Source: a virus (lineage: Duplodnaviria; Caudoviricetes). From it: 64,000 nucleotides of DNA. Within the stretch, counting starts at the first letter, position 1, and every line of letters begins with the position of its first letter. The DNA lies in IMG/VR virus record IMGVR_UViG_3300033067_000365, positions 5,574-69,573 of that record; one strand, written 5' to 3'. Under the pieces are notes generated by a model that saw only the letters and a list, made by a program, of their open reading frames with translations, did not search any database and had not been told where the DNA came from. The translations under genes and the position numbers were made by a program. Below are positions 43,918-53,320 of this stretch, one piece after another.

Positions 43918-44061
43918 TCAGATTACAGCTACAGCAAACGCAATATAGTTTAGTACTAACGACAATGCATTAAACCAAAATACCATTGGTTGCTTTTTAC
44001 GGTCAAATTGAGCCATGAAATACACAGCCAAGAAACAGAACATCAAGTTAATCAAATACAT
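43918..44061 (-). CDS. small membrane protein
   Basis: Two hydrophobic stretches; start MYLINL. Confidence 0.5.
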   Translation of the reverse strand: MYLINLMFCFLAVYFMAQFDRKKQPMVFWFNALSLVLNYIAFAVAVI

Positions 44062-44168
44062 AACGAATCTCCTTATAAACTTCAACAACCATTGTAACAC
44101 AAATACTAGCAGCGCCAGTAATCATAACCATACTAATCGGTAAGATATACATCCAGAATTCAGGTGTA

Positions 44169-44396
44169 CTAATCATCTACACTGTCACTTTCTGCCCATG
44201 TTTTACTACAGATTTGGCATTTGTACATTGTATCATATCCTTCACGAGTTTGTTTATAACGCTTAGTAACAAGATTGTGAGGACAACTATTCTGCAATAA
44301 CTTAATCTTTTCATTTGCCCTCATAATAGCTCCAAGGTGTTTGTTAAGTTCTGAGAGTGTATGTAACTCATCCTGATTCAGTTCATAATCACTCAT
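44169..44396 (-). CDS. hypothetical Zn-binding protein
   Basis: CPH...CxxC..W. Confidence 0.6.
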   Translation of the reverse strand: MSDYELNQDELHTLSELNKHLGAIMRANEKIKLLQNSCPHNLVTKRYKQTREGYDTMYKCQICSKTWAESDSVDD

Positions 44397-44827
44397 TAGT
44401 TAGTTACCTCATAAGCTTTGTCCCACTTACCGATATCAATATTCATGTAGTAAGCACAGTGAAAATAATCGCTTTGAATGTCTGACTTGTCCCAATGGTC
44501 AACTGACATAATAGCCTTAACCTTCTCCAGATACTCCAATGCAACGCCAGAGAATGACGTATCGAGCCAATAATGATTGACCTGAATGCCTGAGTTAAAC
44601 TTGGTCAGATATAAGCGGTGATTCTCTTTCTCTGCTTCTGAGAAACGATGGTCAGCTTCCAGCATATCCAAACGATTCTGTACAAAGTCAATCTTGCCAG
44701 ATACGATACGAACCTTCAAGCTAGAAGAATTTGTACCAGATACGCTAGTCTTCATACCGTACTCTTTGTTGAGTACTTTCAAAGCTGCACGAACTTTATC
44801 GATTGTTTCTTTTTGAACCCATGCCAT
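44396..44827 (-). CDS. LPD29-like early protein
   Basis: D.SD.QSDYF...YY..I.IG C-terminal motif; promoter and AGGAG upstream. Confidence 0.65.
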   Translation of the reverse strand: MAWVQKETIDKVRAALKVLNKEYGMKTSVSGTNSSSLKVRIVSGKIDFVQNRLDMLEADHRFSEAEKENHRLYLTKFNSGIQVNHYWLDTSFSGVALEYLEKVKAIMSVDHWDKSDIQSDYFHCAYYMNIDIGKWDKAYEVTN

Positions 44828-44857
44828 ATTAAACTCCTTGTGTTTGTCGATGATGAA

Positions 44858-44887
44858 AGTATACCACAGATTTTTGGTTATGCGTAA
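44858..44887 (-). promoter_or_regulatory. early promoter (family TGTG(C/G/T)TATACT; also near 45180, 47910, 50128, 51220)
   Basis: Recurrent extended -10 upstream of AGGAG-led ORFs; copies at 44858 and 50128 share the leader CATCGACAAACACAA. Confidence 0.7.
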
Positions 44888-45081
44888 ACTTCTTCAACTT
44901 CGATATCAAATTCTGGAACATCATAATAGCTTTTGTACTCTGCCTTATGTGCTGCAATGTAGTCTTTGGCTGATTGCATCGTAGAGAATGTACGGTCAAT
45001 CTGCCAATGAGAACTACCATCATAAATTGATTCAATCATCACGATAAAAACTTGCATTACTTTCTCCTGTTAAGTTGATTA

Positions 45082-45171
45082 GATGACACAAGGAATCGAA
45101 CCTATTAGGTCGGATACTTTAAATACCCATCAAGCTGTCACTTGCCTTAGACCTTGCTACCTGCCGCCATC
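45082..45171 (-). ncRNA. promoter-driven tRNA-like RNA (atypical or pseudo-tRNA)
   Basis: Acceptor GATGGCG/TGTCATC, T loop GGTTCGATTCC, arm GGGTA-TTTAAAG-TATCC, oversized D region, no CCA. Confidence 0.55.
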
Positions 45172-45361
45172 ATGACTAGAGTATAGCACAGATTTTTGGA
45201 GTTATAATTACTTGACTATTTTCTACGGTTATTATCGTTGACATACCTGACCATACCGCCGAACATCAGCATCAAGCCAAAGAAGCCTCAACCTACTGCA
45301 GCGCCAGCTGTAGAGCCGAATGCAATTGAAAAGATGATAACGCCTGTCCAAAATGTATCGT

Positions 45362-45592
45362 TCATACTTTGATACCTCTAATAAAGTAATAGTCTGGTTC
45401 GTATGCATTATTATACACAAGTACTTCACGCACAAGCTGAAGCAGACAATCTGCATCACTATTGTCACCATCTGTAAACCCACCGAACCAATCTGCAATT
45501 AATCTACGAGCATACATTTCTGGTGGTTCATTGAGTGTACCTAATACAACTTCAACACCATCTTTAACTCCACGTAATTCTACTCGGTTCAT
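45362..45592 (-). CDS. hypothetical protein
   Basis: Coupled start/stop overlaps in the early operon. Confidence 0.55.
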   Translation of the reverse strand: MNRVELRGVKDGVEVVLGTLNEPPEMYARRLIADWFGGFTDGDNSDADCLLQLVREVLVYNNAYEPDYYFIRGIKV

Positions 45593-45777
45593 TAAATAGC
45601 CTCCAACATATGTAAATCTTGAGCAAGTACTTCACACCAAATATGCTCTGGTGCAACTGCTAGTGCAAACTGATGCCAGCTGCCTTGCCTACCTAAGTAG
45701 ATTAGTTGCTGTACATCGTGCTTCCATTTGTATAGACCATCGATTTTCATGGTATTAAGCGTAGCGGTCATTTTCAA
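45592..45777 (-). CDS. hypothetical protein
   Basis: Operon-coupled ORF. Confidence 0.55.
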   Translation of the reverse strand: MKMTATLNTMKIDGLYKWKHDVQQLIYLGRQGSWHQFALAVAPEHIWCEVLAQDLHMLEAI

Positions 45778-45949
45778 AGTCCTCCTGAGATTGCATGAAC
45801 TGTTTAACGGATAACGCTTGAGCTTTTAATAGCTTATTCTCTTCTACCAGTTTAACTAGGATATTGCCGATTGCAATTAACTCCCAAATACCACTGCTTC
45901 TGAGAACTTCAATAGCACCTTCTGTTGTTTGTAAATCTTCGATATTCAT
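45755..45949 (-). CDS. hypothetical protein
   Basis: Operon-coupled ORF. Confidence 0.55.
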   Translation of the reverse strand: MNIEDLQTTEGAIEVLRSSGIWELIAIGNILVKLVEENKLLKAQALSVKQFMQSQEDFENDRYA

Positions 45950-45950
45950 A

Positions 45951-46145
45951 TCAATCCTTAGTTATAGGTTGTTCAAACTCTGATTCTGGAATAACTACAT
46001 TTGGCGCACATTTAGGACAACCTACGGTGTTTGAACCGTGTTTATATTCCTTCTTGCATTGAACGCATTTATTCACCTTTGCAGCTGGTCCACAACCTTG
46101 GCAATTGTGTGGATTACAACTATTACACCAATCTATGTTACTCAT
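45951..46145 (-). CDS. Cys-rich hypothetical protein
   Basis: Multiple CxxC; AAGGAG RBS. Confidence 0.6.
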   Translation of the reverse strand: MSNIDWCNSCNPHNCQGCGPAAKVNKCVQCKKEYKHGSNTVGCPKCAPNVVIPESEFEQPITKD

Positions 46146-46148
46146 GTC

Positions 46149-46775
46149 TTACTCCTTAATGCCGTGGGCGGCTTTTAGAATTGCTCGCACCAATAGCTTA
46201 GGCGACACCGTGTCCCACACCGCATATGAGCCGCCAACCTCTTGCTCAACCTGCTGAATCACTCTTTCCGTTTGTTCATCCGTCAGCGGCTTGCGCTGTG
46301 GTGGGGTGGTGGCGCGACCAAATGCGGCTTTTGCAACCCAGTAGGATTGTTCTTTTGGTGACAACTCCCCAAAAAGTTTCCAGTTTGTTTTCTTGGTGCG
46401 AATCTGTGCAACCTCATAATCACCACGGCCCTCTGCGTAGGCTTGGTCTGCACCCCACGCCACAGGCTCCTGCTCTGGCTCTTTGGGTTGTGCCTGTTGC
46501 AAATCAATCGTTCGACTATTTGCTGTGCTATTGCCAAACACCCAATCTTCTTCTTCTTCACCGACAAACTCAGCATCACGACAACCAGCCCAACCCTCTC
46601 TAAAGGCTTGCTCTAACCATTCTGATTTTGGTTCTAGGTCTATAAAATGTTTTTCAAAGTAGTCGATTGCATCTTTATACCGCTGTTGACTTTCTTTTGT
46701 ACCCACAGCCTCCATTTGAAGAAGACAAAATTTAAGTGCTGAGAGTGCCATATCAAGTGTTTCTGTTTGTGTCAT
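46149..46775 (-). CDS. mosaic early protein (EQEPVAW / RKPLTDEQ modules)
   Basis: Short modules typical of proteobacterial phage accessory genes; locally higher GC. Confidence 0.7.
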   Translation of the reverse strand: MTQTETLDMALSALKFCLLQMEAVGTKESQQRYKDAIDYFEKHFIDLEPKSEWLEQAFREGWAGCRDAEFVGEEEEDWVFGNSTANSRTIDLQQAQPKEPEQEPVAWGADQAYAEGRGDYEVAQIRTKKTNWKLFGELSPKEQSYWVAKAAFGRATTPPQRKPLTDEQTERVIQQVEQEVGGSYAVWDTVSPKLLVRAILKAAHGIKE

Positions 46776-46776
46776 A

Positions 46777-46983
46777 TTAATCCTTAGAACGTGGAAAGAA
46801 CACTGCTACACATACCTCTTTACGTGGGATGTTTTCTTCGCATTCAGCCTTAGATTTACGTGCGTGGTCAATCCATTTAGGTTCTGATAGATTGAGCATT
46901 AGTGCCATAATCCAAGCACCAACAACAATACTCCAAAGAGAAATAGCTATTTCATTTCGGTTCATTACTAACTCCCAATGCAC
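46777..46983 (-). CDS. small membrane protein
   Basis: TM helix then C.......C..V. Confidence 0.55.
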   Translation of the reverse strand: MHWELVMNRNEIAISLWSIVVGAWIMALMLNLSEPKWIDHARKSKAECEENIPRKEVCVAVFFPRSKD

Positions 46984-47109
46984 TAGTTACGTCAATAGTT
47001 ACAACACATAGCATAATAGCAAGAAAATACCACGGTTGTGTAAACGCTCCAACTCCAGCTGTACCCAACGCAATACCTAACATGAAGTATGCGATAAACT
47101 TTGCTAATT

Positions 47110-47370
47110 TCATTCTTTAACTCCAAAATGGTTTCTTATACTTTTTACACTATCTTGTACACCTTGATAGTATGCCATTGTACCTTCATCACCTGACCAG
47201 TTAGCTGTATCTTTGATAATTTTATCTACAGATTGTAACATAATTAACTCAACAAACTTTTCAAACTGTTCAGTGCTACCTAAAATTTGAAAAGGTTTCG
47301 GTGGGTTAATCATCCAACATTCAATCTTTAATCCAGCCTGTTTAGCAAGTTTTTCAATTTGCCTATTCAT
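47110..47370 (-). CDS. hypothetical protein (paralog of 47367-47588)
   Basis: EKF.ELI..QSV...I.NHFGVKE. Confidence 0.65.
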   Translation of the reverse strand: MNRQIEKLAKQAGLKIECWMINPPKPFQILGSTEQFEKFVELIMLQSVDKIIKDTANWSGDEGTMAYYQGVQDSVKSIRNHFGVKE

Positions 47371-47588
47371 TCTTTAACTCCAAAATGTTCTTTGATATTG
47401 TTTGCAACCATCCAACCATACGTTGGTTCACCCATCGCTGTATTTTCAGCAACTTCAACAGATTGTAACACAATTAACTCTGCGAATTTCTTCAGTGTAG
47501 CATTTGCCAGAGAAGTTTCTGTTTGTTTCATACCGTGTTGCATAGCTTGAGTATAAATGGTTTGTAGCAATTCTACGTTAGTAATCAT
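47367..47588 (-). CDS. hypothetical protein (paralog of 47110-47370)
   Basis: KKFAELIVLQSV...IKEHFGVKE. Confidence 0.65.
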   Translation of the reverse strand: MITNVELLQTIYTQAMQHGMKQTETSLANATLKKFAELIVLQSVEVAENTAMGEPTYGWMVANNIKEHFGVKE

Positions 47589-47878
47589 CAAAATTCCTTC
47601 TGTGCAATCATTACACACTGCTCTTCAATCAAGAAAGTACTGCCAATATTCCGCAATTCTTCCACTCGTTCACCCTTACCTTCACCAGTGTAGATAAATG
47701 TAGGAGAATCAGACACAATAATATGTTGAATCTTACCACCGTACTTCGCACGGCTATCTTGTACAGTGCCTGTTACCCAAGCACAATCGAGGTATTTAGC
47801 AATAACCCACTGACCAGTACGGTCAAAGTTAGAGCCTTCGTTAAAGTTTACCTTGGTCTGCGGAATACCTGTTGGCAT
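47588..47878 (-). CDS. hypothetical protein
   Basis: G.V..SR.KYGG..QH motif. Confidence 0.6.
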   Translation of the reverse strand: MPTGIPQTKVNFNEGSNFDRTGQWVIAKYLDCAWVTGTVQDSRAKYGGKIQHIIVSDSPTFIYTGEGKGERVEELRNIGSTFLIEEQCVMIAQKEF

Positions 47879-47891
47879 GTTAATCTTTCAA

Positions 47892-48113
47892 TCAGTTATT
47901 GTAGTGGTGAGTATAGCACACTTCTTCAGGATGCTCAATAACCGACAAAACAAATCGGGTTTCCATACCTAAGAGATTAGCATATGCTATAGCTTTTTGA
48001 GTAGCTTCTTGGCTATTCTCTGCACAGATTAATAAAGGCTTTTTCTCGAAGATACCGATAGAATCAAACTTACGGACTTCTAGTGTTACTTTGAATGTAG
48101 TTTGTTTAGTCAT
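47892..48113 (-). CDS. hypothetical protein
   Basis: Start moved to MTKQTT. Confidence 0.55.
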   Translation of the reverse strand: MTKQTTFKVTLEVRKFDSIGIFEKKPLLICAENSQEATQKAIAYANLLGMETRFVLSVIEHPEEVCYTHHYNN

Positions 48114-48300
48114 AACCATGCTCCTTAATTGCTTCTTTAACGTCACGGTCTGCATCATCTGCATCACGCCAACCACTCATGTATCCCCATGTATGCATAT
48201 CAAGAGCAAACTTCAAGATACTATCCTCTAAAGCATTAATGATACCATGTTCTTTAGCCTTTTGTAAAACTATTTCGTTGAATTTTTCAATTGTTAACAT
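48106..48300 (-). CDS. hypothetical protein
   Basis: Operon-coupled ORF. Confidence 0.55.
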   Translation of the reverse strand: MLTIEKFNEIVLQKAKEHGIINALEDSILKFALDMHTWGYMSGWRDADDADRDVKEAIKEHGYD

Positions 48301-48481
48301 TTCTATTCCTTGTTTGATTCAAAGCATCAATCACATGTGATAACACCGATTGTTTGTCCCATTTAAGTGTACGATGTTTTGCCTTGTTGCACTTCTCGCA
48401 CACCGTCCATTGTTGTTTATAACCACCTTCATAAGGTTGAATAGGGTCACTCCAAGGTAAGTACTTATGAAAACAAATCAT
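48287..48481 (-). CDS. hypothetical Zn-binding protein
   Basis: C.HK....CxxC. Confidence 0.55.
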   Translation of the reverse strand: MICFHKYLPWSDPIQPYEGGYKQQWTVCEKCNKAKHRTLKWDKQSVLSHVIDALNQTRNRNVNN

Positions 48482-48678
48482 ACCTTGATTTCCCACAATA
48501 CTTTATCTTCTGGTGTTTTCTGTTGTAGCCTAGCTACATGATTCTCAGCTAAACCTTTGATGTGGTCATAATCTGGACCCCAAAATACAGTCACCCACCA
48601 AAAGCCAATGTAACGTTCTTGGAAATAATATGCTGGCTCATAACCATAGATTGTTTTGCGAATGATTCGAAATTTCAT
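48478..48678 (-). CDS. hypothetical protein
   Basis: ATGA overlap. Confidence 0.55.
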   Translation of the reverse strand: MKFRIIRKTIYGYEPAYYFQERYIGFWWVTVFWGPDYDHIKGLAENHVARLQQKTPEDKVLWEIKV

Positions 48679-49004
48679 TTTGGACTCCAGATGACTAAAT
48701 CATAGCAGAAGTATAGCACAAATAAACCATACCCTGTAAACAAAGCATATTGCCAGAATTTATAAAGTTTATTATTCTCTTTGCGAGTACGTTGTTCAGT
48801 TTCTAACTCTTCAACAAACATAGGGTGAAAATCTTTAGGTGCAGTATACACCAAAGCTTCACGCAATTCTACTTGTGCCATAGCATTCTGATATCGTGCG
48901 ATTGCTTTATCTAGAGCTACAGCTTCTGCAGAAGATTTGCAAAGCTTATCGCGCAATTGTAGCATGTAATCAAGCCCTTGCTGTGTACTGTTCGATTGCG
49001 TCAT
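48675..49004 (-). CDS. hypothetical protein with C-terminal TM
   Basis: Hydrophobic C-terminus. Confidence 0.6.
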   Translation of the reverse strand: MTQSNSTQQGLDYMLQLRDKLCKSSAEAVALDKAIARYQNAMAQVELREALVYTAPKDFHPMFVEELETEQRTRKENNKLYKFWQYALFTGYGLFVLYFCYDLVIWSPK

Positions 49005-49152
49005 CTACATCTTCTCCCTTATCCATTGCATTAAAGATTACTGATACCATTTCAGATGGATAACCATCTAGACCATACTGACGTTCCATATGGTACGCAG
49101 CGTCAGAATTACCTGTAATCATATACTGAAAATACTGGTCACTTAATTTCAT
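48970..49152 (-). CDS. hypothetical protein
   Basis: Operon-coupled ORF. Confidence 0.5.
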   Translation of the reverse strand: MKLSDQYFQYMITGNSDAAYHMERQYGLDGYPSEMVSVIFNAMDKGEDVDDAIEQYTARA

Positions 49153-49484
49153 CGTTCTTTCCTCAAATTAGCAAGTTTGTTAATATCAATACGTTTACCA
49201 TAACCTGTATCATTGTGGAGCTTTTCAGTAATACCTACATCACCAAATCGGCTTACCATGACGATGCGTACAGTTGTACCAGCAGGTACATCGTATTCGT
49301 CCATTGCTGGCCCACTATCATCCCAATAGCCGCGATAATACTCCATGCGAGTATCTTCCGTAAGTTCACCATATTCAAATTCCCATGTGTTTCGTTTATG
49401 TGGTTGCATATTACTTCTCCAAATCCTTTTGTTTCCACGACTCTTGAACTTGCTGTAATACGGACAATCTGTAGATAGCTTCAA
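49149..49484 (-). CDS. hypothetical protein
   Basis: IVM.SRFGDVGIT motif. Confidence 0.6.
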   Translation of the reverse strand: MKLSTDCPYYSKFKSRGNKRIWRSNMQPHKRNTWEFEYGELTEDTRMEYYRGYWDDSGPAMDEYDVPAGTTVRIVMVSRFGDVGITEKLHNDTGYGKRIDINKLANLRKER

Positions 49485-49582
49485 GGTTAGAAATTATACC
49501 ATGTTTCTCAAATGGTGTTAGTGCAGAATCATTTAAGATATTAACAACTGAATTGAATGTGTTGCAATATTCATTATTCACA

Positions 49583-50095
49583 TTAAACTCCTTGCTCTTC
49601 AGCCATTAAAGCTGCCCACTTCAACCAGAAGTAACGCTGCCCTTGGATATCGTGGCTAACATAGTCTGGTTCTTCTCCAAAGGCACGAGTAGATTTTACA
49701 TCTAAACCCATTTCTTCTAAACCCTTGTGAATATTAGACATAATATCTTCCCGAATATCATCCTTGAGTGTCCAATTCAAATCTGGGTGTTTTTTATCTA
49801 AGAAGCTACTAACTGCATTATCAATAGCAAAGCATGAAAATCGCTCAAGGCTTGCCTTACGGATATCACCAGTACAACACCAGTATGTTTCTTGATTATG
49901 TGCCAACTCTTTATCTGCTGCATCGTGCAAGATATCGGAGATTTTGTATTTGATTTTGATTGACATATTACATTCCTTTATAGTTACGGACTTGAGAGGG
50001 AAAGCGTTGAAGATACCTAAGTCATGCAACTCTTGTGTTTTGACTGCCAACCAGCCGTGACCAGCATCTGCGTAGAACTTGTAAACTTTTGACAT
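49583..50095 (-). CDS. hypothetical protein; possible fusion of a truncated early gene to a second gene (internal RBS and ATG at 49966)
   Basis: Two RBS/ATG starts in one frame. Confidence 0.6.
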   Translation of the reverse strand: MSKVYKFYADAGHGWLAVKTQELHDLGIFNAFPLKSVTIKECNMSIKIKYKISDILHDAADKELAHNQETYWCCTGDIRKASLERFSCFAIDNAVSSFLDKKHPDLNWTLKDDIREDIMSNIHKGLEEMGLDVKSTRAFGEEPDYVSHDIQGQRYFWLKWAALMAEEQGV

Positions 50096-50180
50096 TTTAA
50101 ACTCCTGTTGTGTTTGTCGATGAAAGAAGTATAACACAAAAAATCCCTGTACGGAATTAACCATACAGGGAAGTCAAGTA

Positions 50181-50405
50181 TTAAGGCTCCATTGGTTCCT
50201 TTTTGATGCTTGCGCCACAGTCATCACAATAGCTGTAACGCCAGTGAATCTGCGTGTACATTGGGCCACCGCATACCTTGCAATCTTCATCATCGTCACT
50301 AGGCATTGGTGACTTACCAAAGATATTACCTAAGTTTTTAGTGTACTCTTCTTGAGATACACTGAATGGGCGTGGTTTAGCTCCCTTACCTGCATCGTGT
50401 GCCAT
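50181..50405 (-). CDS. hypothetical Zn-ribbon protein
   Basis: GKG.KPRP.S motif; CxxC...CxxC. Confidence 0.65.
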   Translation of the reverse strand: MAHDAGKGAKPRPFSVSQEEYTKNLGNIFGKSPMPSDDDEDCKVCGGPMYTQIHWRYSYCDDCGASIKKEPMEP

Positions 50406-50743
50406 TACATACCTTTCGATTTAAAGTGAAACATCATATCATTCAACCAATTTTGGCGAGTGTATTGCAACATAACACCATTGTTCTCATTTATATCAGT
50501 ATTCATTTCTTCATGCGTAACATGACCATTACCAACTAACCATTCCTTCAAGGAGAAGGCATCATCAAGAATAACACGGATATGCCCACGTAGCATATTT
50601 TTAGTTTCATCCGTCATTTTACCTTGTCGCCATAGTTCTTGAATATTATCACAAATATATGGTGAATTATCATCTTGACTTGTGTATTCAGTAGGTAGCA
50701 TACCTTTTACACGCATGAGGACTTGACTAGGTTTCAATGGCAT
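50405..50743 (-). CDS. hypothetical protein
   Basis: Start moved to MPLKPS after GGAG. Confidence 0.6.
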   Translation of the reverse strand: MPLKPSQVLMRVKGMLPTEYTSQDDNSPYICDNIQELWRQGKMTDETKNMLRGHIRVILDDAFSLKEWLVGNGHVTHEEMNTDINENNGVMLQYTRQNWLNDMMFHFKSKGM

Positions 50744-50744
50744 A

Positions 50745-51194
50745 TTATTCTCCAAAATTAATACGTTTATAAACAGCAACAACACGCTTACGAGCATTGT
50801 TATGGAATGTATCGATAACCTTACCGTTAACGACTGCAACAGCATGACCTGTTACGTTAATGATGTACTCACCATATGGCGGTAATTGTTCAACCAGTTT
50901 ACCGAAAGTGATACCATCTTGCCATTTGCGTGAATCAATATCGGTATGACGAGCAGCAAAACGAGCGCGTTTACCATCACCATGCAAGCTAACCAAACGA
51001 AAACCGCACTCTTCATAAGCACCATGCAAAGTCTTGAATGTAGCGCCCTTACGGTCAGGACGACCATGCTTCTTCAGAACACGGTGGGCTACATCATATG
51101 GTACATCAGCAGCGTTAGCCAATGCACGTACTGTACAGTCATTTGATTCAGCAGAAGATGTAACACCACGGTCAACGGAAAGAACTGTTTTCAT
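50745..51194 (-). CDS. conserved phage hypothetical protein
   Basis: NDC.VRALA.A....Y...H ... GHA..V..G...D; promoter and AGGAG. Confidence 0.7.
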   Translation of the reverse strand: MKTVLSVDRGVTSSAESNDCTVRALANAADVPYDVAHRVLKKHGRPDRKGATFKTLHGAYEECGFRLVSLHGDGKRARFAARHTDIDSRKWQDGITFGKLVEQLPPYGEYIINVTGHAVAVVNGKVIDTFHNNARKRVVAVYKRINFGE

Positions 51195-51261
51195 ATCAAC
51201 TCCTTGTTAAGATGCGAGAAGTATAGCACAGATTTTTAGTTTATGCTAATAACCCTACAAC

Positions 51262-51573
51262 TTAGTAAAGATTTTCTGAGAACAAACGTCCCTTACCGTC
51301 TATAGTCATATCGCCACCTACACGGCGAATGATTTGACCATTAGTTTCAGCGATAATCCATGCGTCATATCGGTCATAGAAGTTACCAAACTGGTCAATA
51401 AAACCTTGTTCAAGTTCCATAAGTTCGTAATCTATACAATCGACAATGTTATGCATGATTTTATCCCAATGACGAGCGCCAGCTACAATGGCGATTTTAC
51501 CATTATTAAACAAGACACGATTAGCTGCACAGACAATACGTGAGTTATGCATTTGAATCCTCTTGTTGAACAC
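51262..51573 (-). CDS. conserved phage hypothetical protein
   Basis: IVCAA...GARH...QGF.DQ.G.F..R..AW.IA. Confidence 0.7.
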   Translation of the reverse strand: MFNKRIQMHNSRIVCAANRVLFNNGKIAIVAGARHWDKIMHNIVDCIDYELMELEQGFIDQFGNFYDRYDAWIIAETNGQIIRRVGGDMTIDGKGRLFSENLY

Positions 51574-51871
51574 GAATAGTGTATTCTTTGAATTGCCGAG
51601 CTTGCCACTGCTTTTCCCATTCTGGATTACGCTTAACCTTTAAACACTGTGGGTAGTAGTCTTCAAATAGTTGACGAGCATATTCAAAGAACCATAGAGG
51701 TAAACTAATCACAATAGCTAAGAAAATAGCTAATGGTACAGAGAAACAGAAGATAGCTGTACTCTTGATTGAATACAGATACTTAAACTGAAACTCTTTC
51801 AGACTTGTCCAGCTTTGACATAAGACCGCCACGAGCTTTGAAGTATACTCGGAGATTTTCTGTAAGTTCAT
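51545..51871 (-). CDS. hypothetical membrane protein
   Basis: Central TM helix. Confidence 0.5.
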   Translation of the reverse strand: MNLQKISEYTSKLVAVLCQSWTSLKEFQFKYLYSIKSTAIFCFSVPLAIFLAIVISLPLWFFEYARQLFEDYYPQCLKVKRNPEWEKQWQARQFKEYTIRVQQEDSNA

Positions 51872-52262
51872 TTACTTTATCCTTTACTTTTTGAAAGATT
51901 GATTTAGTTTGTTTTGCTTGTACAGTCTCACCTACAGGCAATGCAGCATCTAGTGTTGACCACAAGTACTCAGATAATAACAAACACATGATAGCACGTT
52001 TTTCCCATGCTTCGTAGTCATCCTTAGTATCTGTAGGTGCTTCACCTTCAAAATAATCACCTTCAAAACCTAGCTCTTTCATTAGAACGCCGATTTTATG
52101 GTAGGCAGACCTAACCTTACCAACCTCCATTACATTATAACAGATACCAGCAGCTAAGTTAAGCTTATCTGGCTCTTCGTAGTAGGCTCGTGCTACATCA
52201 ACCAATGCTGGAATTAATTCTAGGCGTTCTTCATATGATAACTCAATTTTAATTTCGGTCAT
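51783..52262 (-). CDS. hypothetical protein
   Basis: 159-aa ORF in operon. Confidence 0.6.
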   Translation of the reverse strand: MTEIKIELSYEERLELIPALVDVARAYYEEPDKLNLAAGICYNVMEVGKVRSAYHKIGVLMKELGFEGDYFEGEAPTDTKDDYEAWEKRAIMCLLLSEYLWSTLDAALPVGETVQAKQTKSIFQKVKDKVNELTENLRVYFKARGGLMSKLDKSERVSV

Positions 52263-52461
52263 GTTCGTTTTCCTTCACAATTAGATATTTCTTACGGTTT
52301 TCACAAAGTACAGTTTCTTCACCTACAAAGTTAGCTGAGATTTCTACAACATTTTGAAAACTACCACAGATACGTACAGCAGAGCGCATGTCACTTTCGT
52401 TAACAGTCTGCCACATGCAACCTGATAGTGCAATACACAGAATTACGATTAGCTTTTTCAT
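52249..52461 (-). CDS. putative lipoprotein
   Basis: MKK...LSGC lipobox-like signal. Confidence 0.6.
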   Translation of the reverse strand: MKKLIVILCIALSGCMWQTVNESDMRSAVRICGSFQNVVEISANFVGEETVLCENRKKYLIVKENEHDRN

Positions 52462-52775
52462 TAGATAAACTCCGATTGAATATCAGTATCTTCCATACGA
52501 ACAGCTGCAGTATTTGCGTAATCGTGCTTCTTAGCTAATTTAGCGATATCATACATTTCTACTACACGCCCAATACCTTCGATAAAGTACTCTGTACCGA
52601 ATCGTGCAATATTCTCTGCAGCATACAGAATAATATCATCTAGTGATTCGACCTTGTGGAAGCATTCACTAAATTCTTTGATTTCATTTGCAACGAACTC
52701 AGGGTCATCGTATGCTGGATGCATATGAATTTCAATGTCTTTTTCAATGGTTACTCGGACTTTACGTTTAATCAT
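52461..52775 (-). CDS. hypothetical protein
   Basis: Operon-coupled ORF. Confidence 0.6.
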   Translation of the reverse strand: MIKRKVRVTIEKDIEIHMHPAYDDPEFVANEIKEFSECFHKVESLDDIILYAAENIARFGTEYFIEGIGRVVEMYDIAKLAKKHDYANTAAVRMEDTDIQSEFI

Positions 52776-53320
52776 CAGATTTTACCTCCCTTACTTGTAT
52801 AGAACTTATGTTTGCCAATTACAGCGACTACCTGCTTTTTCTTTGTCCAGTGATTATTGACATGTTTCTCAGCATACCACAATACATTAGGTCCAAGAGT
52901 AGGCTTAAAACGGTCATTAACCATGCGTTCAGACACCTGAAGTATCTCGGACATTACCTTTATCTCATAAGCTGGTACAGAGGCTTCTAAAGCTTCACCG
53001 AACGGCTTATTGAGCAAAGTATAACTGAATTGTTTATACTGATTCACAATACCACAATAACTTGCAGGATAATACGGATGATGTTTACGATTGTAAATCA
53101 CAGAAGCCACAGCTTCAATACCTTTCGTACCTTCACCACGGGCTTCATGATATAAGGCAGTAATCAAGCAACTACGTTCAGAAGCTTTATACTCTTCTAG
53201 AATACGGTTCTGTTCTTGTTGCTCAATCACCAATGTAGTTACACGATAGCCTAACGCAATAAGCATGGCTAAAATGCAAAGCAACGTTACTTTGACAAAC
53301 ATATCAGAGTATTTACGCAT
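52775..53320 (-). CDS. SleB-like cell wall hydrolase (Hydrolase_2) with N-terminal TM
   Basis: CL..ALYHEARGE...AVA.VI.NR...C.IV.Q.KQFS...IG.H.FY; start MRKYS. Confidence 0.85.
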   Translation of the reverse strand: MRKYSDMFVKVTLLCILAMLIALGYRVTTLVIEQQEQNRILEEYKASERSCLITALYHEARGEGTKGIEAVASVIYNRKHHPYYPASYCGIVNQYKQFSYTLLNKPFGEALEASVPAYEIKVMSEILQVSERMVNDRFKPTLGPNVLWYAEKHVNNHWTKKKQVVAVIGKHKFYTSKGGKI

